In this document: positions 19,671 to 27,154 of the stretch, piece by piece
Layout of the letters: every line of letters starts with the position of its first letter
How positions within the stretch are numbered: the stretch's first letter is position 1
Assembly: GCA_000151265.1 (NCBI GenBank)
Contig: GG663735.1
Location: 1,380,854 to 1,412,853, forward strand
Origin: Micromonas pusilla
Taxonomy: Eukaryota
Direction of reading: 5' to 3'
Length of the DNA stretch: 32,000 nucleotides
Position numbers and translations under genes: made by a program
The notes under the pieces: generated by a model
The model's input: the letters and a program-made list of their open reading frames with translations, nothing else
Databases searched by the model: none
What the model was told of the DNA's origin: nothing

Positions 19671-20054
19671 ATGGAGGACGACGACACCTCGCGCTGGCGC
19701 CCCGCGCTCGAGCCGTGGCTCCGCGACCTCGGCGAGAGCTCCGGCGTCGCGTTCGCGCGCGCGTCCCCCCGAGAGAGCGAGCACGGCCGCGGCCTCTTCG
19801 CGACGAGCGACGGCGTCGACGTCGGCGACGTCGTCCTCTCCGTGCCGAAAAAGCTCGCGCTCGTCGTCCAAGCCGACCGCGGTCTTACTCACATACTGTA
19901 CTCCTCGCCGCCGCCACCGCCGCCGGACTACTCTACGCCTCCCTCAGCTCGCGCAGAAGCTCCGCGACGCGTCTCGCGAGCCGCTTCTTCCCCGCGCGCA
20001 ATCCGAGGATGTTCCCGGCGCGCTCGTCCCTCGCGTCCCCGACGGCTTCGTTGA
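19671..20054 (+). pseudogene. truncated duplicate of the SET-gene 5' end, fused to antisense sequence of the SET 3' end (chimeric ORF)
   Basis: ATG at 19671, then MEDDDTSRWRPALEPWLRDLGESSGVAFARASPRESEHGRGLFATSDGVDVGDVVLSVPKKLALVVQADRGL. This equals SET residues 1-72 with one extra Trp and one Val/Ile change. At 19886 homology ends and the frame continues THILYSSPPPPPPDYSTPPSARAEAP... through the reverse strand of the real gene to a stop at 20054. Confidence 0.7.
19886..19956. repeat. direct repeat A': native 3' end of the SET gene (71 bp), partner of 19275..19340
   Basis: Contiguous with the SET coding sequence (reverse strand reads ...AELLRELREA, stop). It aligns with repeat A as described there. 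Confidence 0.9.
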
Positions 20055-20145
20055 TCTCGTCGAGCGCGCGCTCGTCGTCCTCCAAGGTCGTGGCGTACCC
20101 AGACTCTATCGCGCCCACGCGCGCGAGGAGCGTCTCCACGGTCGC

Positions 20146-20191
<46 letters not shown>

Positions 20192-21240
20192 CTCCCGAAC
20201 GCGGCGGAGACGGACGCGGCGGCGGCGACCCACCCGGCGTGCTTTTCCCCGCCGCCCTCTTCGCCCGCGCACCGCGTCAGCGCCGCCTTCGTCGCGCGCT
20301 TCAGCGCCGCTCTCAACCGCGCGCTCGCGCGCACGACCCCACCGCCGTCGTCGCCGCCTATCAAGTCTATCCTATCGAGCGGCGACCCCCCCGGCGGCGC
20401 GAACCCGTACTGCGCGAAGTGCGCCGCCGACGTCAGCTGCCCTCGCGTGTACGCGAGACGCAGCTCCTCGTCCGCCTTCCTCGGCTTCAGCGCGACGAGC
20501 TCGAACGTCGTCGCGTCTTTCTCCTGCGGCGCGATCCCGATCCCGTTCGTCCGCGTCTCCACGCCCTCGCATCGGTAGTCCACCGACGGTATCGTCGCGT
20601 GGTTCGCGAGATCTAAGAAGGGCACCACCGCGTAGGTGTTCAGACCCGCGAGCATCGCTCGCGAGCGCACGACGGCGAGCGCCCACGCGCCGACCGCGGT
20701 CTCGTGCTCGCCGCGCTCGCCGCCCTCGATCGCGTCCATGAGGTCCGGCATCAGCGCGGCGATTCGCATCGCGTCGTTCAGTCCCTCCGCCGCGAGGTCG
20801 TCGTCCTGGAGCGACGCGAGCTCGGCGTCCGAGAGGAGGAACGGATGCGCGAGCTTCTCGGGCGGCGGCAGGACGCCGGCGTACTGGGTCCAAAACGCGC
20901 CGCCGTCGCCGGCGACGGCGTCCACGATGGCGCGCGCGAGGACGAACTCCCACGTCTTCCCCGCGTCCGGCGCGGCGGCGGCGACGCCCGCGCGCACGCG
21001 CGGCCAGGACCCGTCGGACGGGAGCGCGAGACCGCGGTCGGCTTGGACGACGAGCGCGAGCTTTTTCGGGACGGAGAGGACGACGTCGCCGATGTCGACG
21101 CCGTCGCTCGTCGCGAAGAGGCCGCGGCCGTGCTCGCTCTCTCGGGGGGACGCGCGCGCGAACGCGACGCCGGAGCTCTCGCCGAGGTCGCGGAGCCACG
21201 GCTCGAGCGCGGGGCGGCGCGAGGTGTCGTCGTCCTCCAT
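19933..21240 (-). CDS. SET-domain protein-lysine N-methyltransferase, Rubisco LSMT / SETD6-like
   Basis: Uninterrupted ORF. I prefer ATG 21240-21238 (MEDDDTSRRPALEPW). The track start at 21351 lies only 19 nt from the tRNA and overlaps its terminator T-runs. Motifs: GRGLFATSDGVDIGDVVLSVPKKLAL, WALAVVRSRAM, VVPFLDLANHA, ELRLAYTRGQLTSAAHFAQYGF, then a C-terminal helical substrate-binding-like region with (GD)7. Confidence 0.85.
20149..20190. repeat. hexanucleotide microsatellite (GTCGCC)7 encoding (Gly-Asp)7 in the SET protein
   Basis: Seven perfect units counted in the sequence. The protein reads GDGDGDGDGDGDGD. Confidence 0.95.
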
Positions 21241-21354
21241 CGTTCTGACTTCCGCGGACGTCGGAACGCGCGAAGAAACACCAAAACGATGGCTGGCCCG
21301 CACTGGCCCTGCACGTAGTACGCGCGCGTTGCCCGCCTGGGTGGTTCGCATACG

Positions 21355-21364
21355 AAAAGCAAAA
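21355..21364 (-). terminator. RNA polymerase III terminator T-runs downstream of the second tRNA-Ala
   Basis: AAAAGCAAAA on the + strand, which is TTTTGCTTTT on the - strand, 7 nt after the tRNA 3' end. Confidence 0.6.
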
Positions 21365-21370
21365 GGTAAT

Positions 21371-21443
21371 TGGAGACGCAGGGCTTCGATCCCCGTACCT
21401 CTCGCATGCGAAGCGAGCGCTCTGCCAATTGAGCTACGTCCCC
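21371..21443 (-). tRNA. tRNA-Ala(CGC): tRNA-Ala, anticodon CGC, identical second copy
   Basis: The reverse complement of 21371..21443 is base-for-base identical to 19468..19540. Confidence 0.92.
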
Positions 21444-21710
21444 TTGATCGGTGTCAAGGGTCAGTTCACCGCGCTTCATCGCTGAAGCTGGGTTGGCAAG
21501 TCCTGGTAAACCAGGGCTCGATCTTTAACTGTGAGGTGGCCGCACGAATTCTCGTGGGGGATTTCTCCGATGGAACCGTTTCCATTTTTAAGAAATATAA
21601 AGGCTACATTTTACGATTTGGACTCGAGATGCCTTTCGCGCTCCCCCGATGAAACGCGAGTTTAGACGAAGGTCCGCGAAGATCGCTTCGGTGAACGTCC
21701 ACGTTCATCG

Positions 21711-21785
21711 AGAAGTTTCGAAACCGCCTCGTGGCGCGTTTCGGGGGCCGGTTCGGTTTCGGCGGGTTCGATAAGTTTCGGAAAC
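21711..21785 (+). promoter_or_regulatory. pair of AAGTTTCG(G)AAAC palindromic boxes upstream of the sHSP-like gene, weakly heat-shock-element-like
   Basis: AGAAGTTTCGAAAC at 21711-21724 contains GAAnnTTC, and GTTTCGAAAC is a perfect palindrome. TAAGTTTCGGAAAC at 21772-21785 is a near copy with one extra G. They lie about 200 and 140 nt before ATG 21920. Only one box has canonical GAAnnTTC spacing. Confidence 0.25.
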
Positions 21786-21919
21786 GCTCGCATCGCGCGG
21801 CATTCCACACGCGCACAGCGAACACCCGCAACCGAACCGCACACACCGTCCCCTTCGAGGCGACGCAAACGAACCTCTACACGCACAAGAAGCACCGCAC
21901 GCACTCAGGCAACATCCCC

Positions 21920-23155
21920 ATGGCGCTCTTCGCTCGACCCTTCGACGTCTTCGTCTCCCCGTTCGACGCCCTCGGGCGAGATTTCTGGCATCATCATCAT
22001 CATCATCACCGCCCGGCGCAGCGACGCCGACGCCACGTGAACCTCATCGACCATCCGTTCTTTCATCACTACGTGAACGCCGGCGGCGAGAACACCGACG
22101 ACGACGTGTTCGAGATCTCCGAGACCGATCGCGGCTACCTCGTCACCGCGCTCGTCCCGGGCGTCGCCGCGTCCGAAATCGAGATCTGCGCTCGACCGAA
22201 CGGCGCGCGCGGCGGCGTCCTCAGCGTGCGCTCAAAGACGCACCCGCGCGTGAAGACCGACCTCGCGCTGGCCTCCGGCCTCATCGACGCGAGCGGCATC
22301 GCCGCGTCGTGCATCGACGGCGTCCTGCGGATCGTCATCCCGAAGATTCCGCCGACGGAGGAGCTCGTCGAGGTCGCCGCCGGCGCCGCGGAGGCGGAGG
22401 AAGACGAGAAGAAGCGCGCTTCCGCCGCCGACCGCGACATCGTCATCAACGTCCCGGGCTTCCGCGCGAGCGACGTCAAGATCACGCGCCATAAGCCGAC
22501 GGAACGGCTCGTCGTTCGGGGCGTCTCGAAGACGCGCGGGACGTTCACGCGCGAGTACTCGCTCGGCGACGCGGCGGCGGCGGTCTCCGCGCGATGCGCC
22601 GACGGCGTGCTGACGATCCGCGTGCGCCGGGAGACGCCGTCGCCGCTGACGCTGCCGGTCTCCCCGGACGCGCCGCTCCTCGCCGACGCCGACGGCGAGG
22701 ACGCTGAGAAGAAGAAGAAGAAGAACGAGAAGAACGCCGACGACGCTGACGCCGACGCCGACGAGATGGTGTGCCTCGTGCGCCGCGCCGTGCCCGGCGC
22801 GCGCGCGGAAGACTTCGCGATGGACGTCGACGCCGACGGGACGCTTCGCGCGCGCGCGGACTGCGAGACCGCGCTCGGCCGCCGCAGATACAGCTTCGCG
22901 ACCACGGTGTCGTCGCGGATCGACCGCGGCACCGTCCGCGCGCACGTCGCGGACGGGATTCTCACGGTCGTCGCGAAGAAGCCGAGCGCGCCGGCGAAGG
23001 TGGTCGTGGACGTCTCCGCGGACGCGCCGGCGGCGCTTCCGGCGGCGACGCCCGTCGCCGCGGGTCCGAGCACGCCGGACGCGGCGGGCGCGAAGACCAA
23101 GGCGATCGCGAACGATGACGTCATCGTCGAGGACATCGCCGACGACGGAGCGTAG
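21920..23155 (+). CDS. small-heat-shock-like protein with three alpha-crystallin (HSP20)-like domains
   Basis: ATG at 21920 (MALFARPFDVFVSPFDALGRDFWHHHHHHH). The track start at 21731 is not an ATG. Domain 1: VFEISETDRGYLVTALVPGVAASEIEICARP...LSVRSKT...IDASGIAASCIDGVLRIVIPK. Domain 2: IVINVPGFRASDVKITRHKPTERLVVRGVS...FTREYSLGDAAAAVSARCADGVLTIRV. Domain 3: LVRRAVPGARAEDFAMDVDADGTLRARAD...YSFATTVSSRIDRGTVRAHVADGILTVVAKK. Each ends in the sHSP-type (N/D)G(V/I)L(T/R)(I/V) strand. Confidence 0.8.
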   Translation: MALFARPFDVFVSPFDALGRDFWHHHHHHHRPAQRRRRHVNLIDHPFFHHYVNAGGENTDDDVFEISETDRGYLVTALVPGVAASEIEICARPNGARGGVLSVRSKTHPRVKTDLALASGLIDASGIAASCIDGVLRIVIPKIPPTEELVEVAAGAAEAEEDEKKRASAADRDIVINVPGFRASDVKITRHKPTERLVVRGVSKTRGTFTREYSLGDAAAAVSARCADGVLTIRVRRETPSPLTLPVSPDAPLLADADGEDAEKKKKKNEKNADDADADADEMVCLVRRAVPGARAEDFAMDVDADGTLRARADCETALGRRRYSFATTVSSRIDRGTVRAHVADGILTVVAKKPSAPAKVVVDVSADAPAALPAATPVAAGPSTPDAAGAKTKAIANDDVIVEDIADDGA

Positions 23156-23372
23156 AAGACGCCGCCTGACGACCACGACGCTGTACGCTACTTGTAAATA
23201 GCCCGCGACATTTTTCATTTCGCCGCCGCCGCCGCGAGGACGGCCGCGCGCGACTCTATTCTGTTCTTCACTCTGTCTGTTTTAATACGATAAAAGACGA
23301 CTGACGTATCACCGTACCGCACGTCACTCGATGACATCGACACCATTCTCCGCTCGCTAGGCTATCTAGGGT

Positions 23373-23417
23373 CCCCGCGCTATAACACCCCGCGCTATAA
23401 CACCCCGCGCTATAACA
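23373..23417. repeat. 3 x 15-bp perfect tandem repeat containing the cyclophilin stop codon
   Basis: CCCCGCGCTATAACA occurs three times. On the coding (-) strand this reads ...CGVL-TAG-RGVL-TAG-RGVL-TAG, all in frame. Confidence 0.95.
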
Positions 23418-24249
23418 CCCCGCAGTCCGCGACGACGACGGGCGCGGTTGGCTCCTCGGTGACCCCCCCGCTCGCCGCCGCCAACGCTTCGATCGCGTCC
23501 AGCACGCCGAACCCCTCGATCACCTTCCCGAACACGACGTGCTTCCCGTCCAGCGCCTTGCACGGCGCGAAGGTGATGAAGAACTGCGACCCGTTGCTGT
23601 TCTTCCCGGTGTTACCCATGGAGAGCACGCCCCTGGCGTCGTGCTTGAGCTTCAAGCCGTCCTTCTCGTCTTTAAACTTTTTCGCCCAGATGGATTCGCC
23701 GCCGCTGCCGTTTTGCATCGCGAAGTCGCCGCCCTGCATCATGAACCCCTTCACGACGCGGTGGAACCGCACGCCCTTGTAGTGGTACGCGACCTGAGGG
23801 AGGAGCAGGAGGTGGGGGATGGGGCGGGGACGAACGAGTCAATCGATCTGATGAGCGCGGAGGAAACGAGAAACGATGAACGAACGCCGAGGGGGAAGCG
23901 AAGGGGGGAGAGCCGAAGGACGCACCCCGCAGTTCTTGCTCACGCCCTTCTCCCCCGTGCACAGCGCCTTGAAGTTCTCCACCGCCAGCGGCGCCTTGTC
24001 GTCGTACAGCTCGATGACGAGTCTCTCTTCCGCCGCGGGCTCGACCTCGATAGGCCCTCTCCCGCTCCAGTCGAAGTCGTTCTCGTACAGCTCCGCGACG
24101 CGCGCCCTCTCGCTCCCGCCGAGCTCCGCGATCTCCTTGCTGCTGAACCCGTAGCGGAGGTCCGTCGCCTCCACGAACGCGGCCGCGCGCGCGTACTTCG
24201 CTCGGTGGTCGTCGAGGTCGATGTCGAGGAACGCGCGCGAGTTCGGCAT
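23410..24249 (-). CDS. cyclophilin-type peptidyl-prolyl cis-trans isomerase (exons 23926..24249 and 23410..23793)
   Basis: ATG at 24249-24247 (MPNSRAFLDIDLDD). Exon 1 ends ...FKALCTGEKGVSKNCG|gtgcgtcct (GT at 23925-23924). The acceptor is ctccctcag| (CAG at 23796-23794). Exon 2 reads VAYHYKGVRFHRVVKGFMMQGGDF...LSMGNTGKNSNGSQFFIT...LDGKHVVFGKVIEGFGVLDAIE...VVADCGVL. Phase 0 on both sides. Confidence 0.9.
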
Positions 24250-24554
24250 CGCGTCCGTGCGCTCGCGCGACGCGAACTGAACTGGGGAAAACGCGAACAA
24301 CGGATGTTGTTGTTGGACGAGCGAGCTTTTGGGCTGAGACTGACGACGATGGCTCGCGAGTGATGAGAGACGCCGTACGAAACGCGCGTCACGGTACGAC
24401 ACGTAGAGCGAAAGGAACCGTCGCATTACAACACCCGTCCCGACGCCCAGAGTTTTCTGGTGGCGACCGCGCCCACCCCCCGACGCCGCGGAGAGGAGAC
24501 TCGGCCCCCTAAAGTTTACCCCCACTAAGTTGACAACCCACCGCCGCCGCGCGC

Positions 24555-25474
24555 TCAGACGTCGTCCACGACCTTGGTGCCGAGCCCGGAGAAACCCTGG
24601 GACTCGTCAGCCACCGTCACGTAGGAGTAGAGGTCCTCCTGTTACGACGGGATCGAAACGGGGGGGAAGGGTGAGAGAGGTCAGCGACGGCGGCGACAGC
24701 TCGCGCGAGGTGAGACTCGACGCGCGCGGGGGCGAGAGGCGAGCTCGCAGAAAGCTAGGTGATTCGACGCACCGCCGCGTCCTCGTCGTCGTTGCGCTTG
24801 CGGGAGATGGAAACGCGAATACGGCGGGGCACCTGGAGAGGAGGAGAGGCGGAGGATGGGGGGAGGCGAGCGTCAGATCCGCGGCGAGTCGACGGATGGT
24901 GGATGGCTCGACGAGAGAAGAAAAAACGAGCGCAAACCCTAGCGACGGATGCCGCGCGGGGACGGGGCGTCGACGCGGGAACGCACGTTACGGATGCCCT
25001 TGGACCAGATGTGCTTGTTGAGCTTGACGTCGACGCGCACGTCGGACGTCTTCATGACCTTCTGCGCGAACTTCTTCACCTGAGGTCGTCGAGAGAACGG
25101 AGCGATGGGGTCAGCGGCGGACTCGGCGTGGGCGGGACGATGCGGGAAATAAAAGGCGAGAGACGCGGCCGGACGAGCGCGCGCGGCGGTCGCCCGCGAC
25201 GCGATGCGACCGCTCGATCGGCGCCGTGGGGACGTGCACGCCGTCCACGGCGCGACGCGCGCGTCGCGGGCGTCGCGAGCGTCGCGCGCGACGCGTCGCG
25301 CGGGATGCCTAGGGCTCGAAATCGTCCATCCCGCGCGCTCGCGGGAAGAAAAAAAGCCGGAGGACGCACCGCAGACACCGCACGGGGCGCACGCTTCTTG
25401 AACGTGACGCCGTGGACCGCCTTGGCGAGGTTGATGGTGTACTCGCGAGTGACCACATCCTGAGTCTTACCCAT
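24555..25474 (-). CDS. RPL31: 60S ribosomal protein L31 (eL31), 4 exons: 25370..25474, 24987..25079, 24773..24832, 24555..24638
   Basis: The spliced product is [35 protein letters not shown]|[31 protein letters not shown]|[20 protein letters not shown]|[27 protein letters not shown]. It is colinear, without gaps, with plant eL31 as I recall it. All three introns start gtgcgt and end cag, and all are phase 0. Exon lengths are 105, 93, 60 and 84 nt. Confidence 0.95.
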
Positions 25475-25810
25475 GGCGCGCGTCGAACACGTCGAGAGAG
25501 CGCGTCGAAAAGAGGGACGGTCGCTCGGCGAGTCCGCGTTCATGAAGGAGGGCAGCTGATGGAGAGGGCGTGACTGACCGGTGGCATTTCTGCTTCCCGG
25601 TCAATTTCGCCCCGATGCCGGTCAACTGCTTCGAGAAAATGGGTCAACGACGCGTTTTCACCCATTTGAAACCAAGGACGTGTCTCGTCGAATTCCACGG
25701 TCCGTCGCGTCGCGTCGCGTCGGTCTGTCATCCCTCGGAACCTCGAAACTGTCGCCGGTCCACACTCCCGCAACGCCGCCGCACGCTCTCGTGCACCGCC
25801 CGAGGGTGAG

Positions 25811-27154
25811 ATGGACGCGAACGAGGATATCGCCCTGCCCCCACTCCTGGAACGACTCGCCGCGGACGCGCGAGATGTCTTCACCGAGCACGTGCTCTCG
25901 CGGTTCGACGGCGGTGACCTCGCGGTGCTCGCGCTGGTGAGCAGGAGCACGCGCGACGCCGTCTTCACGTCGTCCGTCGGCGAGGTCAACGACCTCGCGG
26001 CGGTGAGGAGAGAGCTCGCGAGGGTGCCGAACTTCGTCGGGTCGGTCGGCAGGCTGGCGTGGGCGAAGGAGCGAGGGTGTCCGTGGAACGCGAAGACGTT
26101 CATGTGCATCGCGGAGGATGGGAATCTGGAGGTCGCGAAATGGGCGAAGGAACGAGGGTGCCCGTGGAACACGCATACTTGCGCCCAGGCCGCGAGTGGC
26201 GGCCACCTGGAGGTGCTACAGTGGGCGCGAGCGAACGGCGCTCCGTGGAACGAGTGGACTTGCCGCGATGCCGCGGAAGGCGGCCACCTGGAGGTGCTGC
26301 AGTGGGCGCGAGCGAACGGATGTCCGTGGAACGAGTGGACTTGCCGCGATGCCGCGAAAGGCGGCCACCTGGAGGTGCTACAGTGGGCGCGAGCGAACGG
26401 ATGTCCGTGGGACGAGTGGACTTGCGCCGGAGCCGCGGAAGGCGGCCACCTGGAGGTGCTGCAGTGGGCGCGCGCGAACGGCGCTCCGTGGGACGTGAGG
26501 ACTTGCCGCGATGCCGCGGAAGGCGGCCACCTGGAGGTGCTACAGTGGGCGCGAGCGAACGGCGCTCCGTGGAACGAGTGGACTTGCCGCGATGCCGCGG
26601 AAGGCGGCCACCTGGAGGTGCTACAGTGGGCGCGAGCGAACGGTTGTCCGTGGAACGAGCGGACTTGCCGCGATGCCGCGAAAGGCGGCCACCTGGAGGT
26701 GCTACAGTGGGCGCGAGCGAACGGTTGTCCGTGGAACGAGCGGACTTGCCGCGATGCCGCGAAAGGCGGCCACCTGGAGGTGCTACAGTGGGCGCGAGCG
26801 AACGGATGTCCGTGGGACGAGTGGACTTGCCGCGATGCCGCGGAAGGCGGCCACCTGGAGGTGCTACAGTGGGCGCGAGCGAACGGCGCTCCGTGGAACG
26901 AGGTTACTTGCACTAAAGCCGCGGAAGGCGGCCACCTGGAGGTGCTACAGTGGGCGCGCGCGAACGGCTGCCCGTGGAACAAGGATCCTTGCTCCGGAGC
27001 CGCGGCAGGCGGCCACCTGGAGGTGTTGCAGTGGGCGCGAGCGAACGGATGTCCGTGGGACGAGTGGACTTGCACTAATGCCGCGGAAGGCGGCCACCTG
27101 GAGGTGCTGCAGTGGGCGCGAGCGAACGGCTGCCCCAGTGGCCGCCCCAACTAA
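25811..27154 (+). CDS. F-box-like protein with 12-13 tandem 27-residue ankyrin-like repeats
   Basis: ATG at 25811. The N-terminus LPPLLERLAADARDVFTEHVLSRFDGGDLAVLALVSRSTRDAV resembles an F-box (LPxxL...IL..L...DL..L..VS+..R). After that the unit WARANG(C/A)PW(N/D)E(W/R)TCRDAA(E/K)GGHLEVLQ repeats. Its GGHLEVLQWA...G.PW core resembles shortened ankyrin repeats. TAA at 27152-27154. Confidence 0.85.
   Translation: MDANEDIALPPLLERLAADARDVFTEHVLSRFDGGDLAVLALVSRSTRDAVFTSSVGEVNDLAAVRRELARVPNFVGSVGRLAWAKERGCPWNAKTFMCIAEDGNLEVAKWAKERGCPWNTHTCAQAASGGHLEVLQWARANGAPWNEWTCRDAAEGGHLEVLQWARANGCPWNEWTCRDAAKGGHLEVLQWARANGCPWDEWTCAGAAEGGHLEVLQWARANGAPWDVRTCRDAAEGGHLEVLQWARANGAPWNEWTCRDAAEGGHLEVLQWARANGCPWNERTCRDAAKGGHLEVLQWARANGCPWNERTCRDAAKGGHLEVLQWARANGCPWDEWTCRDAAEGGHLEVLQWARANGAPWNEVTCTKAAEGGHLEVLQWARANGCPWNKDPCSGAAAGGHLEVLQWARANGCPWDEWTCTNAAEGGHLEVLQWARANGCPSGRPN
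26117..27140 (+). repeat. 81-bp in-frame tandem array, about 12.5 units
   Basis: ggccacctggaggtgct recurs 12 times at an exact 81-bp spacing, from 26201 to 27092. The two consecutive units encoding WARANGCPWNERTCRDAAKGGHLEVLQ (about 26629-26790) appear identical base for base. A degenerate leading unit lies near 26117. Confidence 0.95.

Larger units (their letters stand above)
19341..19885 (+). repeat. inverted-repeat arm L (545 bp), reverse complement of 21029..21570
   Basis: Manual base-by-base alignment finds only three differences: an extra TGG at 19695-19697, G/A at 19821 and G/C at 19844. The arm contains 127 bp of upstream sequence, tRNA-Ala, a 130-bp spacer, and the SET-gene ATG plus 72-73 codons. 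Confidence 0.9.
21029..21570 (-). repeat. inverted-repeat arm R (542 bp), the functional 5' end and upstream region of the SET gene
   Basis: Reverse complement of 19341..19885; see arm L. Confidence 0.9.

Noticed and set aside
21241-21351. N-terminal extension MRTTQAGNARVLRAGPVRASHRFGVSSRVPTSAEVRT of the SET ORF, and its twin at 19560..19670
   Set aside because: It would start 19 nt from the tRNA 3' end and overlap the Pol III terminator T-runs. The sequence looks non-coding (the T-rich stretch gttttggtgtttcttcg), so the downstream ATG is preferred. Not excluded.
25083-25369. The unusually long (287 nt) first intron of RPL31, examined for an intronic snoRNA
   Set aside because: There is no C box (RUGAUGA) with D box (CUGA) and terminal stem, and no ACA or H boxes in a plausible arrangement. 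It contains only GC-rich CGCGACG/CGTCGCG palindromes (for example gcgcgacgcgtcgcgc).
26117-27140. Regular 81-bp repeats considered as a CRISPR-like array
   Set aside because: There are no unique spacers. The units are contiguous, in frame and coding, and the context is eukaryotic.
25540-27150. 536-aa - strand ORF across the 81-bp repeat array (HPFARAHCSTSRWPPSAASRQV repeats)
   Set aside because: It is open only because the repeat unit lacks stops in that frame. The + strand gives an ATG, an F-box-like head and a recognisable ankyrin-like GGHLEVLQWA repeat.
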